The translations under genes were made by a program, and so were the position numbers. A stretch of DNA of 64,000 nt from Candidatus Nomurabacteria bacterium (GTDB taxonomy: Bacteria; Patescibacteriota; Minisyncoccia; Phycocordibacterales; SBAW01), in assembly GCA_943349945.1 (NCBI GenBank), contig CALQZS010000002.1:115750-179749 (forward strand). The letters are read 5' to 3'. This document shows, piece by piece, positions 36,926 through 46,689 of this stretch (within the stretch, counting starts at the first letter, position 1; each line of letters begins with the position of its first letter). The notes under the pieces were generated by a model, which made no database searches, was not told where the DNA came from, and saw nothing but the letters and a program-made list of their open reading frames with translations.

Positions 36926-39889
36926 ATGGCAATAACCCAAAAAATAAAGAAGCGGAACGGAGAAATAGTTGACTTTGTGCCGACCAATATCACCTTGGCA
37001 GTACAAAAGGCATTTGCCGCAACTTTGGGCGATGCGCATGAAGCAGATGCTGTGGACATCACACGGGTAGTGGTGGATTCGATAGACATGAAGTTTGGCA
37101 CTACGGCCTTTATCCCTACTGTCGAAGACATCCAGGACTTGGTAGAAAACGCACTGATGGAACGCGGCTACTTTGGCGTTGCAAAATCGTACATCATCTA
37201 CCGCTACGAGCACGACAAAATCCGCCAAGAGAAAAAACTCGAAGTGGCAGAAAAAATCACTGAAAACGCTCTTTTGATAACTAAACGCAACGGCTCTAGA
37301 GAAGCCTTTAGCGAGAGCAAGCTCACCCGCACACTGCTGCGCGCTGCAGAAGGGCTAGAGCGCGTCATTGACGTACCTTCAATTATTGGCCGCGTGCGCC
37401 AAGAAATGTACGACAGCATCAAAACAAAAGACATCCATGAGGTGCTTATTATGGTGGTGCGCTCTATGATCGAGCGCGACCCAGCGCACTCGAGTGTTGC
37501 AGCACGATTGTTGCTACAGTCGCTCTACCGCGACGTATTGGGCGAGATAGACTACACCAAATTGGAAGAGGCTCATAAAGAAGCTTTTGTCCGCACAATT
37601 AAACGCGGCGTCGAGATAGGCCAGTTTGACCCACAGATGCTCGAGTTTGACCTTGCTCGCCTTGCCGACACTTTAGTGGTCGAACGTGACCGCGACTTTA
37701 AATACTTGGGGCTCCAAACACTCCAAGCAAACTACCTCTCCAAAGAGCACGGCAGCCGCAAGCTTTTGGAGACTCCGCAGATATTCTGGATGCGCGTTGC
37801 TATGGGCTGTGCCTTGGCAGAAAAGACCCCTATGGAGCGCAACGCACAGGCGGTGGAGTTTTACGAGGTGATGTCTGCAATGTACTACACCCCAAGCTCC
37901 CCAACGCTCTATCACGCCGGGCTGATGAAGCCACAACTGTCTTCATGCTTCCTCAGCACCGTACCCGACGACTTGCATGCGATTTTTAAACAATACTCCG
38001 ACGGTGCACAGCTGCTTAAGTACGCAGGCGGTCTTGGCACCGACTGGACCCCAGTGCGCGCAACCGGCTCGCTAGTTAAGACAACCGGCGTCGAGAGCCA
38101 GGGCGTTATCCCCTTCCTTAAAATCGCCAACGACGTAACCATATCCATTAACCGCTCGGGCCGTCGTCGTGGCGCAGCCGCTGTGTACTTGGAGTATTGG
38201 CACGCCGACATCGAGGACTTTATCGAGCTGCGCAAAAACACCGGCGACGAGCGCCGCCGCGCACACGACCTCAACACGGCTGCCTGGATACCTGACCTGT
38301 TTATGAAGCGCTTAGCCGAAAACGGCTACTGGACGCTCTTTAGCCCGTCCGACGTGCCCGACCTGCACGACCTCTTTGGCCGTAAGTTTGAAGAGGCCTA
38401 CGTCCGCTACGAACAGTTGGCCGAAGAAGGTAAGATGCCGATGTTTAAAAAAATCCGCGCGGCAGACTTGTGGCGCAAGCACTTGACCATGCTCTTTGAA
38501 ACAGGGCACCCATGGATCACCTGGAAAGACCCTAGCAACATCCGATCTCCGCAAGACCATGTGGGCGTGGTGCACTCGAGCAACCTCTGCACCGAAATTA
38601 CTCTCAACACTTCTGCAAACGAGACAGCCGTGTGTAACCTCGGCAGCATCAACATGGCAAAGTTTGTGCAGGCAAGCGGCGCCTTTGACCGCGACTTGGT
38701 GGCCCGCATTGTGCCCGTTGCCATGCGCATGCTCGACAACGTTATCGACGTGAACTTCTACCCTACTGAAGACACGCGCCGCTCTAACATGCGCCACCGC
38801 CCAGTGGGACTGGGGCTCCGTGGGCTCCAAGACGCACTCTACAAAGCAAACATTACCTTTGACTCCGACGAGGCAGTGCGGTTTTCTGACGAAAGTATGG
38901 AGACAATTGCCTACCACACCATCCTGGCATCCGCATTGTTGGCAAAAGAGCGCGGCACGTACGAGACATACAAAGGCTCCAAGTGGGACCGTGGCATTTT
39001 GCCTCAAGACACACTGACCTTGCTCGAGCAAGAGCGCGGCGTGCGCATTGACGTGCCTCGGCACGAGACGCTCAACTGGCAGTTGGTGCGCGAGGCAGTG
39101 CGGCAATGGGGCATGCGCAACTCCAACACCATGGCAAACGCGCCAACCGCATCCACCGCAAACATCGCCGGCTGCTACCCTACTATTGAACCTATCTACA
39201 AAAACCTCTACGTGAAGTCCAACATGGCGGGCGACTTTATGATCGTCAACGAGTACCTGGTAGAGGACTTGAAAAAACTCGGCCTTTGGAGTATGGACAT
39301 GCTCGAGAAAATTAAGTTCTACGACGGCAGCGTGCAGCAGATAGACGAGATACCGCCTGCACTACGCGCAAAATACAAAGAGGCGTTCGAGATAGACCCG
39401 CAGTGGCTCGTTAAAGCAGCCGCATACCGTGGCCGCTGGATAGACCAGTCACAATCATTAAACATCTTCTACAGCGGTACCTCTGGCAAAGCGCTCTCCG
39501 AGATTTACCAGTACGCATGGGCACTGGGGCTCAAGACCACCTACTACCTACGTTCGATGGGCGCATCCCGCGTCGAAAAAGCGACCGTTAACATGCAGAA
39601 ATTTGGCGGCACATCCAAAACTGACGCGAGCGTAAGCAGCACCCCCGGCAGCGTACCGTCTACAATTATGGTTGAAGAGACAGTCACCGTAACTACCCTC
39701 AACACAGTGGCCACGCCGTCGCCCTTGATGATGAGTGCCACAGGGTATGTGTCTATGAGCACCGCACAAAAATCACAAACAGCAGAGGTGGTTGCACTCC
39801 AAGAGCCACGTCACGCAGAGGTTGCCTTTGACCTCCCCAAAAACAAGATAGAGGTGGTTGGCGAAGCGTGCGAGAGTTGCAGTGCGTAA
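36926..39889 (+). CDS. nrdA: Class I ribonucleotide reductase alpha subunit
   Basis: 987 aa. ATP-cone N-terminus, SSNLCTEI active-site motif, C-terminal CESC redox tail. Confidence 0.85.
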   Translation: MAITQKIKKRNGEIVDFVPTNITLAVQKAFAATLGDAHEADAVDITRVVVDSIDMKFGTTAFIPTVEDIQDLVENALMERGYFGVAKSYIIYRYEHDKIRQEKKLEVAEKITENALLITKRNGSREAFSESKLTRTLLRAAEGLERVIDVPSIIGRVRQEMYDSIKTKDIHEVLIMVVRSMIERDPAHSSVAARLLLQSLYRDVLGEIDYTKLEEAHKEAFVRTIKRGVEIGQFDPQMLEFDLARLADTLVVERDRDFKYLGLQTLQANYLSKEHGSRKLLETPQIFWMRVAMGCALAEKTPMERNAQAVEFYEVMSAMYYTPSSPTLYHAGLMKPQLSSCFLSTVPDDLHAIFKQYSDGAQLLKYAGGLGTDWTPVRATGSLVKTTGVESQGVIPFLKIANDVTISINRSGRRRGAAAVYLEYWHADIEDFIELRKNTGDERRRAHDLNTAAWIPDLFMKRLAENGYWTLFSPSDVPDLHDLFGRKFEEAYVRYEQLAEEGKMPMFKKIRAADLWRKHLTMLFETGHPWITWKDPSNIRSPQDHVGVVHSSNLCTEITLNTSANETAVCNLGSINMAKFVQASGAFDRDLVARIVPVAMRMLDNVIDVNFYPTEDTRRSNMRHRPVGLGLRGLQDALYKANITFDSDEAVRFSDESMETIAYHTILASALLAKERGTYETYKGSKWDRGILPQDTLTLLEQERGVRIDVPRHETLNWQLVREAVRQWGMRNSNTMANAPTASTANIAGCYPTIEPIYKNLYVKSNMAGDFMIVNEYLVEDLKKLGLWSMDMLEKIKFYDGSVQQIDEIPPALRAKYKEAFEIDPQWLVKAAAYRGRWIDQSQSLNIFYSGTSGKALSEIYQYAWALGLKTTYYLRSMGASRVEKATVNMQKFGGTSKTDASVSSTPGSVPSTIMVEETVTVTTLNTVATPSPLMMSATGYVSMSTAQKSQTAEVVALQEPRHAEVAFDLPKNKIEVVGEACESCSA

Positions 39890-39970
39890 AGTGCCCGTTC
39901 ATTGATAACTTAAAAAACGAAAACTCCTTCTCGAAAGGTCGAAAAGGAGTCTCGCTCAGAAGAATTTGAG

Positions 39971-40088
39971 GTCTGAGCAGAGGAAGTAACGCTACAAATC
40001 TAACTAGTAATGGCGCAATATACCTCCAAAGACTACGTACGTAGCTTATTTTACTAGTTAGCGCTGTTGCTTCCTCTACCAAGCTCTC
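39971..40088. repeat. ~118-nt imperfect palindrome centred on tacgtacgta
   Basis: Arms share tgag…agaggaag…aacgc…taactagtaa and its reverse complement ttactagtta. Confidence 0.4.
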
Positions 40089-40358
40089 AAAGATCACCCA
40101 ACGCTGGGTACTTAAAGTATACAAAATAGCTCCCAGTTTCAACCGAAAAGCTATCCACAGTACTCTAAAAAGAAACCGTCCTGGCCAATCAGAGCTCAAC
40201 GTAAAGCTTTTTCTGTCTCTTGTACTTTTCGTATTTAGTTTTCGGATAATGACCATCCGAGGCTACAGACGTCAACAAAGGTAGAAATCGCGCCAATCCC
40301 CGGAGGAATTGACGCGACTGTTGTGAGAGCGGGAGCCAAAGCTACGGCTAGCACCCTC

Positions 40359-40727
40359 TCACGAAAGACTGTTGATCCAAGTCGCGATGGCGCGCGCCTC
40401 AGCAACATGCTGATGTGAAAAGCGCGAAAACGTTTCTTGGCCTGCCAGATACACCAGCATCATGTCCTTCAGTTGAGGTACATGATTATCTGACATACGC
40501 GCGCCCGTCTTTAGCATAAGACGGATCATGCTCGCAAACGCAGGCATTGCTGCCTCTCCCTGGTTGCCCATAGCTTCCAGAGCCTGATGTGCCGAGAGGA
40601 TTTGCATATCTATAATCTCCTGGGGAACTTTCCCCCTAATTGTATCATATATATAAATATCTGTCAATCCCCTATACAGCCCACAAAAACAGAGGTTCTG
40701 TGCTGAAAAACCTTGTCCATTGCCCAC
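40359..40727 (-). CDS. Hypothetical protein antisense between nrdA and nrdB
   Basis: 122-aa ORF with protein-like composition. No motif recognised. Confidence 0.35.
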   Translation of the reverse strand: MGNGQGFSAQNLCFCGLYRGLTDIYIYDTIRGKVPQEIIDMQILSAHQALEAMGNQGEAAMPAFASMIRLMLKTGARMSDNHVPQLKDMMLVYLAGQETFSRFSHQHVAEARAIATWINSLS

Positions 40728-40786
40728 CCCGTCGATACAATAAAGAGGTATTAAAAATAAACTTTTATTTGCTCACTCACTAGATT

Positions 40787-41779
40787 ATGGGAATCATCAA
40801 CGGCTCATCAACGACAGATCCAAACAAAATCCTCCCTATGAAGTACCCATGGGCGCGTACGCACTACAAAAAAGGCGTGGCCAACAACTGGGTGCCAGAA
40901 GAGGTGTCTATGCAGCAAGATGTCGAGCTGTGGAAGAAAGCTGGCGCACTGTCCGAAGATGAGCGTCGCATGATCTTGTGGAATCTTGGGTTTTTCTCGA
41001 CAGCAGAGTCGCTGACCGCCAACAACTTGGTGTTGGCCATTTACCGCCACATCACCAACCCCGAGGCGCGGCAGTACATACTTCGCCAGTCGTACGAAGA
41101 GGCGGTGCACACCGACACCTTCATCTACTGCTGCGACACGCTGGGCCTCAACCCCGACGAGATCTACAACATGTACCAGACCATCCCCTCTATCAAAGAA
41201 AAGGATGACTTTGTTGTAGAGATGACAAAGTCGGTGTTTGACCCAAGCTTTACGACCGAAGGCACCGAGAATATCCAAAAATTTGTGCACGACCTGGTGG
41301 GCTACTACGTAATTATGGAGGGCATCTTCTTTTACGCGGGCTTTGCCATGATGTTGTCGATGTTGCGCAAAAACCGCATGGTGGGTATTGGCGAGCAATT
41401 CCAGTTTATCCTCCGCGACGAGTCGGTACACTTGGCCTTTGGCGCAGACCTTATAAACACTATTGTGCAAGAAAATCCGCAAATCTGGACTCCTGAATTT
41501 AAAAAGACCCTTGTCGAGAACATTGTCCGCGGTACCGAGCTAGAGAAAAAATATGCAGACGATGCGTTGCCACGAGGCATCTTGGGGCTGACCCCCGGCT
41601 CTGTAAAGCAGTATGTCGAGCACGTTGCCGACCGCCGCCTAGAGCGCATCGGGCTGGAGCGCCAGTACCACAAAGACAATCCCTTCCCTTGGATGTCGGA
41701 GATTATGGATGTGCCAAAAGAGAAAAACTTCTTCGAAACCCGCGTGACGGAATATAAGACTGGAGAACTCGACTGGTAA
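40787..41779 (+). CDS. nrdB: Class I ribonucleotide reductase beta subunit
   Basis: 330 aa. Ferritin-like diiron ligand pattern (E…EAVH…, E…H) and a tyrosyl-radical region. Confidence 0.85.
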   Translation: MGIINGSSTTDPNKILPMKYPWARTHYKKGVANNWVPEEVSMQQDVELWKKAGALSEDERRMILWNLGFFSTAESLTANNLVLAIYRHITNPEARQYILRQSYEEAVHTDTFIYCCDTLGLNPDEIYNMYQTIPSIKEKDDFVVEMTKSVFDPSFTTEGTENIQKFVHDLVGYYVIMEGIFFYAGFAMMLSMLRKNRMVGIGEQFQFILRDESVHLAFGADLINTIVQENPQIWTPEFKKTLVENIVRGTELEKKYADDALPRGILGLTPGSVKQYVEHVADRRLERIGLERQYHKDNPFPWMSEIMDVPKEKNFFETRVTEYKTGELDW

Positions 41780-41806
41780 GAAAAAGACTCTTCTATAAAA
41801 AATTAA

Positions 41807-41835
41807 GGGCGACACCAGTTGGTGTCGCCCTTTTG
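41807..41835. terminator. Bidirectional terminator
   Basis: gggcgacaccagttggtgtcgccc followed by TTTTGG, with A-rich sequence on the other side. Confidence 0.55.
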
Positions 41836-41836
41836 G

Positions 41837-42226
41837 TCAATTGCCCAGAGCAAGTGGGTATTTCCGCACGAACTCTCTGCCCTTCTCACGGGCGACTTCG
41901 AGCTGGCGATGTGCCCGATTGTTATCCGCCGACTGCACAGATCTGTACGCAGCATTTTGCGTGTCGGCGATGTAGCTGGCCATCGCGCCCTGCAGTCCAA
42001 CTTGCCTAGCATTCTCGAACATGGTGTCCACCATGTCGATCATTTCGACGCACTCACGCTGTTGGTTCAGCGTATATGCATCGCAGCCGCGACGCAGTTC
42101 TTGTACATATGTAGTGCTCATCACCGGCTCAACTGTGCCGTTTATGCGAATTGTCGACTCCCGCGCTTGCACGGAGAGAGTCAGAACAGCAGCAAAGATA
42201 AGCCCAAACAGAACACGAGCAAACAT
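41837..42226 (-). CDS. Secreted hypothetical protein (signal peptide)
   Basis: MFARVLFGLIFAAVLTLSVQA signal-like N-terminus. Confidence 0.45.
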   Translation of the reverse strand: MFARVLFGLIFAAVLTLSVQARESTIRINGTVEPVMSTTYVQELRRGCDAYTLNQQRECVEMIDMVDTMFENARQVGLQGAMASYIADTQNAAYRSVQSADNNRAHRQLEVAREKGREFVRKYPLALGN

Positions 42227-42261
42227 GTTGTCCCCCAATCAAAGAGCGTTTCAGTTCGGAT

Positions 42262-42351
42262 TTAATTATACTCCAAAATACAGATTGTGTCAATAGCTAT
42301 GCTCAGGGCTCTATTTAAGGCTCTTTCCGACCTCGTAGTCCCCTACCTTGG
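42262..42351. repeat. Direct repeat copy 1 (~90 nt) containing a truB C-terminal pseudo-fragment
   Basis: About 90% identical to 43168-43257. The reverse complement encodes …KVGDYEVGKSLK*, against the real truB end …KVGDYEVSKSLK*. Confidence 0.6.
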
Positions 42352-42421
42352 AAACCCGCGGGACAAAGTCTAAAAACGGAATAAGTTGATTAGTAAAAGA
42401 ATCTGGGTGTATATTTAAGGC

Positions 42422-42691
42422 ATGAGCGAGCAACTCTCAAAACTAGAGAAGAGTGTGGAGGATGTTCTTGAGATTGTCGTATCCATGAAAGACTACATGG
42501 AGAAAAATCTTGTAACAAAAGCCGAATTATCTGAAGAACTTAATTCTTTAGAAAAAAGAATAGATGTTCGTTTTGAAGAAGTAAACAGCAAAATCGATGG
42601 CTTGGGCCGTCGCATCGACAACGAGGTAGAAAATCGCGCACAAATAGAGACACGTGTGCGGAAAGTAGAGGAAGCAGTCTTTCCTGTATAA
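42422..42691 (+). CDS. Small coiled-coil hypothetical protein
   Basis: 89 aa, heptad-rich. Terminated by the 17-nt palindrome hairpin. Confidence 0.45.
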   Translation: MSEQLSKLEKSVEDVLEIVVSMKDYMEKNLVTKAELSEELNSLEKRIDVRFEEVNSKIDGLGRRIDNEVENRAQIETRVRKVEEAVFPV

Positions 42692-42714
42692 ACACACAAG
42701 TCAGACTTGTGTGT
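42692..42714 (+). terminator. Palindromic hairpin acacacaagtcagacttgtgtgt (second copy of the 17-mer at 30438)
   Basis: Perfect palindrome immediately after the stop codon, followed by tgtgggtgttt. Confidence 0.4.
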
Positions 42715-42800
42715 TGTGGGTGTTTAAAATAGCAAAACCCCTACATCATCTGTGTGTAGGGGTTCCCGTTAGAGGCTATTCGGGTGAGCCTTGGAGGTTT

Positions 42801-43199
42801 TTAGACGACCACAGTCTTCTTTGTGATTATCTGCATGTCAATGAGGTGAGTAGGCTCTCCACTGTCTGCCTTCATTGCTTGGCAAATTTTACTTACGCAC
42901 GCCTCGAAGGCGTGTAGTTGACTCTCCTTCAAGATCAGCTCCCTTGACTGAAGGTACTCCCCTGGCGTTTGCCAGAAAAAGACCAATTGACCGTTGCGCC
43001 ACGGATTGTGTTCCATGGCTTTCGCCAATAAAGCTCGCGCAACACTTTCATTGCGGGCGTTATTGCCCCAACTCAAAATGGAAACAGTGACAACATATGA
43101 AGAATCAGATGTGGTGCTCACTGAGCAACCTCCTATATGGGAAAGAGCTTGATTACCCTTATCCTCTTTAATTATACTCCAAAATACGGAACGTGTCAA
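42801..43199 (-). CDS. Hypothetical protein on the inserted segment (TTG start)
   Basis: 132-aa ORF. Its start lies inside direct-repeat copy 2. Confidence 0.4.
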   Translation of the reverse strand: MTRSVFWSIIKEDKGNQALSHIGGCSVSTTSDSSYVVTVSILSWGNNARNESVARALLAKAMEHNPWRNGQLVFFWQTPGEYLQSRELILKESQLHAFEACVSKICQAMKADSGEPTHLIDMQIITKKTVVV

Positions 43200-43257
43200 T
43201 AGTTATGCTCGAGGCTCTATTTAAGGCTTTTGGAGACCTCGTAGTCCCCTACTTTGG
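43168..43257. repeat. Direct repeat copy 2 (~90 nt) overlapping the genuine truB 3' end
   Basis: See copy 1. Contains the truB stop (43217-43219) and its last 13 codons. Confidence 0.6.
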
Positions 43258-44035
43258 TGCGCAAAATGTGTAGTGCCAGTGCGGGGACACCCAGGTCTTG
43301 GCCCATACCATGGGCAATAGAGCGCGCGTACGTGCCGCTCGAGCACGAGAGTTTGATGGTCGCGCAGGGGAACTCACGGTCGCCGTCTTTGCGCAAGTTG
43401 CGGTGCCACAGCCGCAAGATTTCTTCTTGGCGAAAGTCGCCAGTAATTTTTTCTATACTGGTTTCAATATACTGCAACAGCGTAGCTTCTTTTATTTTAT
43501 ACATACCCTCGAGGCTGATGTCGTACACGGTCACCGTCTTGCGCGGCAAGACCAACGCACCAAGCATCCCCGAGCGCGCCCACTCGAACAAAGACTTACC
43601 TTCTACTGTTTTGGATGAAAACGGCGGATACTCCTGAGACACTTGCCCGCGAAACTGGTTAAGCTCTCGCTCGACTACTTTTTTGTTTATCGACGCCGCA
43701 TCACCCGTCTCCATCACCCGACCCAACAGGTCGTACGTATCGGTAGAAAATCCAAACAACACATCAAACACATACTCTTTGCTCATGTCTAAATATGCGT
43801 CGCGCATTTTGTTTGCCGAACCCACAAGCGTGATCATCACCCCCTCGGCCATAGGGTCGAGGCGACCTGCGTAGGAGAGCACCTCGTGCATATACTCGGG
43901 CTTTTGTGTGCGTAGGCGCTCTAGGCGCTCGCGCGGCGTCTCCCCCGCTTGTTTGTAGAGGTTAAGCACCTTGCCGCCCACGGTGCGCGGGGTGACCATA
44001 GGGTCTTTGGGAGTGTGACTGTTATCTCTATCCAT
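43217..44035 (-). CDS. truB: tRNA pseudouridine(55) synthase
   Basis: GRLDPMAEGVMIT catalytic-Asp motif, C-terminal PUA-like region. Start at the internal Met to keep clear of the hisS start. Confidence 0.8.
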   Translation of the reverse strand: MDRDNSHTPKDPMVTPRTVGGKVLNLYKQAGETPRERLERLRTQKPEYMHEVLSYAGRLDPMAEGVMITLVGSANKMRDAYLDMSKEYVFDVLFGFSTDTYDLLGRVMETGDAASINKKVVERELNQFRGQVSQEYPPFSSKTVEGKSLFEWARSGMLGALVLPRKTVTVYDISLEGMYKIKEATLLQYIETSIEKITGDFRQEEILRLWHRNLRKDGDREFPCATIKLSCSSGTYARSIAHGMGQDLGVPALALHILRTKVGDYEVSKSLK

Positions 44036-44054
44036 TTCTGCTAGAATACAGAAG

Positions 44055-45302
44055 ATGAGCAAAAAAGAGAAGCTTTCTGTCGAGTCATACAAAGGGGTGC
44101 GCGACTTCTACCCTGCCGACCAAGCATTTTTAAACTATCTTTTGGCGACATACCGCGCTGTGGCCGAGCGCATGGGGTACGTCGAGTACCACGCATCCGT
44201 GCTCGAACCAGCAGAACTATACAAATCAAAAGGCGCCGACAATGAAGAGTTGGTGAACGAACAGACCTACACCTTTGTCGACCGGGGTGGCCGCGAGGTT
44301 ACGCTTCGCCCCGAGATGACGCCCACCGTAGCCCGCATGGTTTCGGCCAAGCGCCGCGAGCTGGGCTTCCCCTTGCGCCTGTTTTCTATACCCAACGTCT
44401 TTCGCTACGAGCGCCCACAGCGCGGCCGTCTGCGCGAGCACTGGCAGCTTAACGTCGACCTCTTTGGCTCGCCATCTTTGGCTGCAGACGCCGAGGTGAT
44501 TGCGGTGGCGCACACGCTGATGAAAGAGTTCGGCGCAGAGGACAAAGATTTTGTCATCAAATTGGGTAGCCGTACGTTTTTAAACACGCTCATGGACACC
44601 TACGCTTTGGGCGACGAGGCGCGTATGCGCTTTTTGGGCCTACTCGACCGTCGGGCAAAAATGCCTGCAGAGGAGTTTGCTGCGGCACTAGGGGAAATGA
44701 ATGTGCCTTTGGATGCACTGTCTGCAGACACCGCACCAGCAGATGTAGCCGAAGTGCTCGACCTACTTGCAACACTTGGTATCCAAAACGCCGTATTTGA
44801 CCCAAGCATTGTCCGCGGATTTGCCTACTACAGCGGCATGGTGTTTGAGGTATTCGACACGCACCCCGAAAATAATCGCGCACTCTTTGGTGGCGGACGC
44901 TACGACAACCTTACCTCCCTCTTTGATGATGAACCAATAACGGGCGTTGGGTTTGGTATGGGCGATGTCACTATGCACGACTTTTTGTCGGTACGGGGCC
45001 TCTTGCCCGCCTACATCCCACCCACCAAGCTCTACGTAGCAGTGGCAGATAAAGAAATGGTGCCACATGCACTGAGCATAGCCGCAGACCTGCGCGCACA
45101 AGGTGTTGCCACGGCGGTCGATTTTGGCGACAAAAAGCTCTCCGACCAAATTAAGGCGGCCACCAAGCACAGCATCCCCTACTTGCTTGTAGTGGGCTCA
45201 AACGAAGTAACCTCCGGCACGTTTGTGGTGCGCGACCTCGCCTCCGGCACCGAAGAGTCGCTCAAGCGCGCAGAGCTCTCTGCATTTTTCCTTAACCTCT
45301 AA
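44055..45302 (+). CDS. hisS: Histidyl-tRNA synthetase
   Basis: 415 aa. Class II motifs, FRYERPQRGR (motif 2), GGGRYD (motif 3), C-terminal anticodon-binding domain. Confidence 0.9.
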   Translation: MSKKEKLSVESYKGVRDFYPADQAFLNYLLATYRAVAERMGYVEYHASVLEPAELYKSKGADNEELVNEQTYTFVDRGGREVTLRPEMTPTVARMVSAKRRELGFPLRLFSIPNVFRYERPQRGRLREHWQLNVDLFGSPSLAADAEVIAVAHTLMKEFGAEDKDFVIKLGSRTFLNTLMDTYALGDEARMRFLGLLDRRAKMPAEEFAAALGEMNVPLDALSADTAPADVAEVLDLLATLGIQNAVFDPSIVRGFAYYSGMVFEVFDTHPENNRALFGGGRYDNLTSLFDDEPITGVGFGMGDVTMHDFLSVRGLLPAYIPPTKLYVAVADKEMVPHALSIAADLRAQGVATAVDFGDKKLSDQIKAATKHSIPYLLVVGSNEVTSGTFVVRDLASGTEESLKRAELSAFFLNL

Positions 45303-45307
45303 CCTCT

Positions 45308-45901
45308 ATGTCAGCAGCACCAAAAATGCGCCGTATTGTCTTTGATATTGAAACAACCGGACAGATGAACGGCGGCAGTATCGACTTTACTAACCAAGAG
45401 CTCACTATTGTCTGTATCTACGACTCCTACACAGGCGAATACTCGAGCTATCTTAAAGAAGAGCTGCCAAAGCTGTGGGGCATTTTGGAGCGTGCCGACA
45501 TGTTGGTGGGCTACAACTCCGACCACTTCGACATTCCCATACTCAACAAATACTACCCCGGCGACCTAACCCAAATAAAAAGCCTCGACCTCCTTAAAGA
45601 GGTGCGCGCGGTGTTGGGCCGTCGGCTCAAGATGGATAACCTTGCCGCAGCAACGCTTGGTGTAGGCAAAATAGCCAGCGGCCTGGATGCTGTTAAATGG
45701 TGGCAAGAGGGCAATATAGAAAAACTGCGCGAGTACTGCCTCGACGACGTGCGGGTTACCAAAGAATTGTACGACTATGCCAAAAAGCACAAATCACTCA
45801 AATATAAAGACTTCGACGGCGTGCGCGAAATAAAGATAAACCCATCCAACTGGGAGACCGCAGAAGACTCCCCCGCCCTAAACCACACCCTGCCATTTTA
45901 A
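45308..45901 (+). CDS. DEDD-family 3'-5' exonuclease (DnaQ/RNase T-like)
   Basis: FDIETTG (Exo I), YNSDHFDIPIL (Exo II), YCLDDV (Exo III). Confidence 0.65.
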   Translation: MSAAPKMRRIVFDIETTGQMNGGSIDFTNQELTIVCIYDSYTGEYSSYLKEELPKLWGILERADMLVGYNSDHFDIPILNKYYPGDLTQIKSLDLLKEVRAVLGRRLKMDNLAAATLGVGKIASGLDAVKWWQEGNIEKLREYCLDDVRVTKELYDYAKKHKSLKYKDFDGVREIKINPSNWETAEDSPALNHTLPF

Positions 45902-45914
45902 TTCTTGCAAGGGT

Positions 45915-46685
45915 GTGGGCCATGTTATACTGACTTCCAAGCAGCTAATTAACCATCCAGAATATATGCAATCTTCATACGTACTCCCTATAACCATCGT
46001 GGTCGCAGGCGCACTAATAGCCGGTGCAGTGTTTTTTGTAGGCAAAAACAACACCCCAGGCAACACAGACGGCACTGCAAAGACAGACGTCCGTGCCTAT
46101 GACCCATCACTCGACCATATTTTGGGTAATCCAAACGCCGCAGTTAAGGTGGTTGAGTACGCAGACCTAGAGTGCCCCTACTGCAAAACCTTCCACACCA
46201 CCATGCACCAAATCATGGACCACTACGGCACCTCGGGCGACGTTGCATGGATATACCGCCACTTCCCCCTCGGACAGCTCCACTCTAAAGCACCGCAAGA
46301 AGCAGCCGCAGCAGAGTGTGCCGCAGACCAAGGAGGCGACGTCGCATTCTACAAATACATAGACAAAGTCTACGAAGTTACCCCAAGCAGCAATGGTCTC
46401 GATTTAGCTCAGCTCCCTGTCTTGGCCGGGCAAATTGGACTCGATGTTGAAGTCTTTACCCAGTGCCTCTCGAGCGGCAAGTTTGCTAAAAAGGTACAAA
46501 ATAGCTATGACGAAGCCATAGCCGCAGGCGGCCAAGGCACCCCACACGTCATCATCATGGTAGGCAACGACTCGGTTACGCTCCAAGGCTCACAGCCATA
46601 CGACTCTATGCGCGCAGCCATAGACGCAGTGCTCGGCCAAGTAACTACCCCTGCCCCAGCAGCTACTGCAACCACCACACAGTAA
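45915..46685 (+). CDS. DsbA-like thiol:disulfide oxidoreductase with N-terminal membrane anchor
   Basis: CPYC active site in a thioredoxin-fold context. TM helix near the N-terminus. Confidence 0.7.
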   Translation: MGHVILTSKQLINHPEYMQSSYVLPITIVVAGALIAGAVFFVGKNNTPGNTDGTAKTDVRAYDPSLDHILGNPNAAVKVVEYADLECPYCKTFHTTMHQIMDHYGTSGDVAWIYRHFPLGQLHSKAPQEAAAAECAADQGGDVAFYKYIDKVYEVTPSSNGLDLAQLPVLAGQIGLDVEVFTQCLSSGKFAKKVQNSYDEAIAAGGQGTPHVIIMVGNDSVTLQGSQPYDSMRAAIDAVLGQVTTPAPAATATTTQ

Positions 46686-46689
46686 CTTT

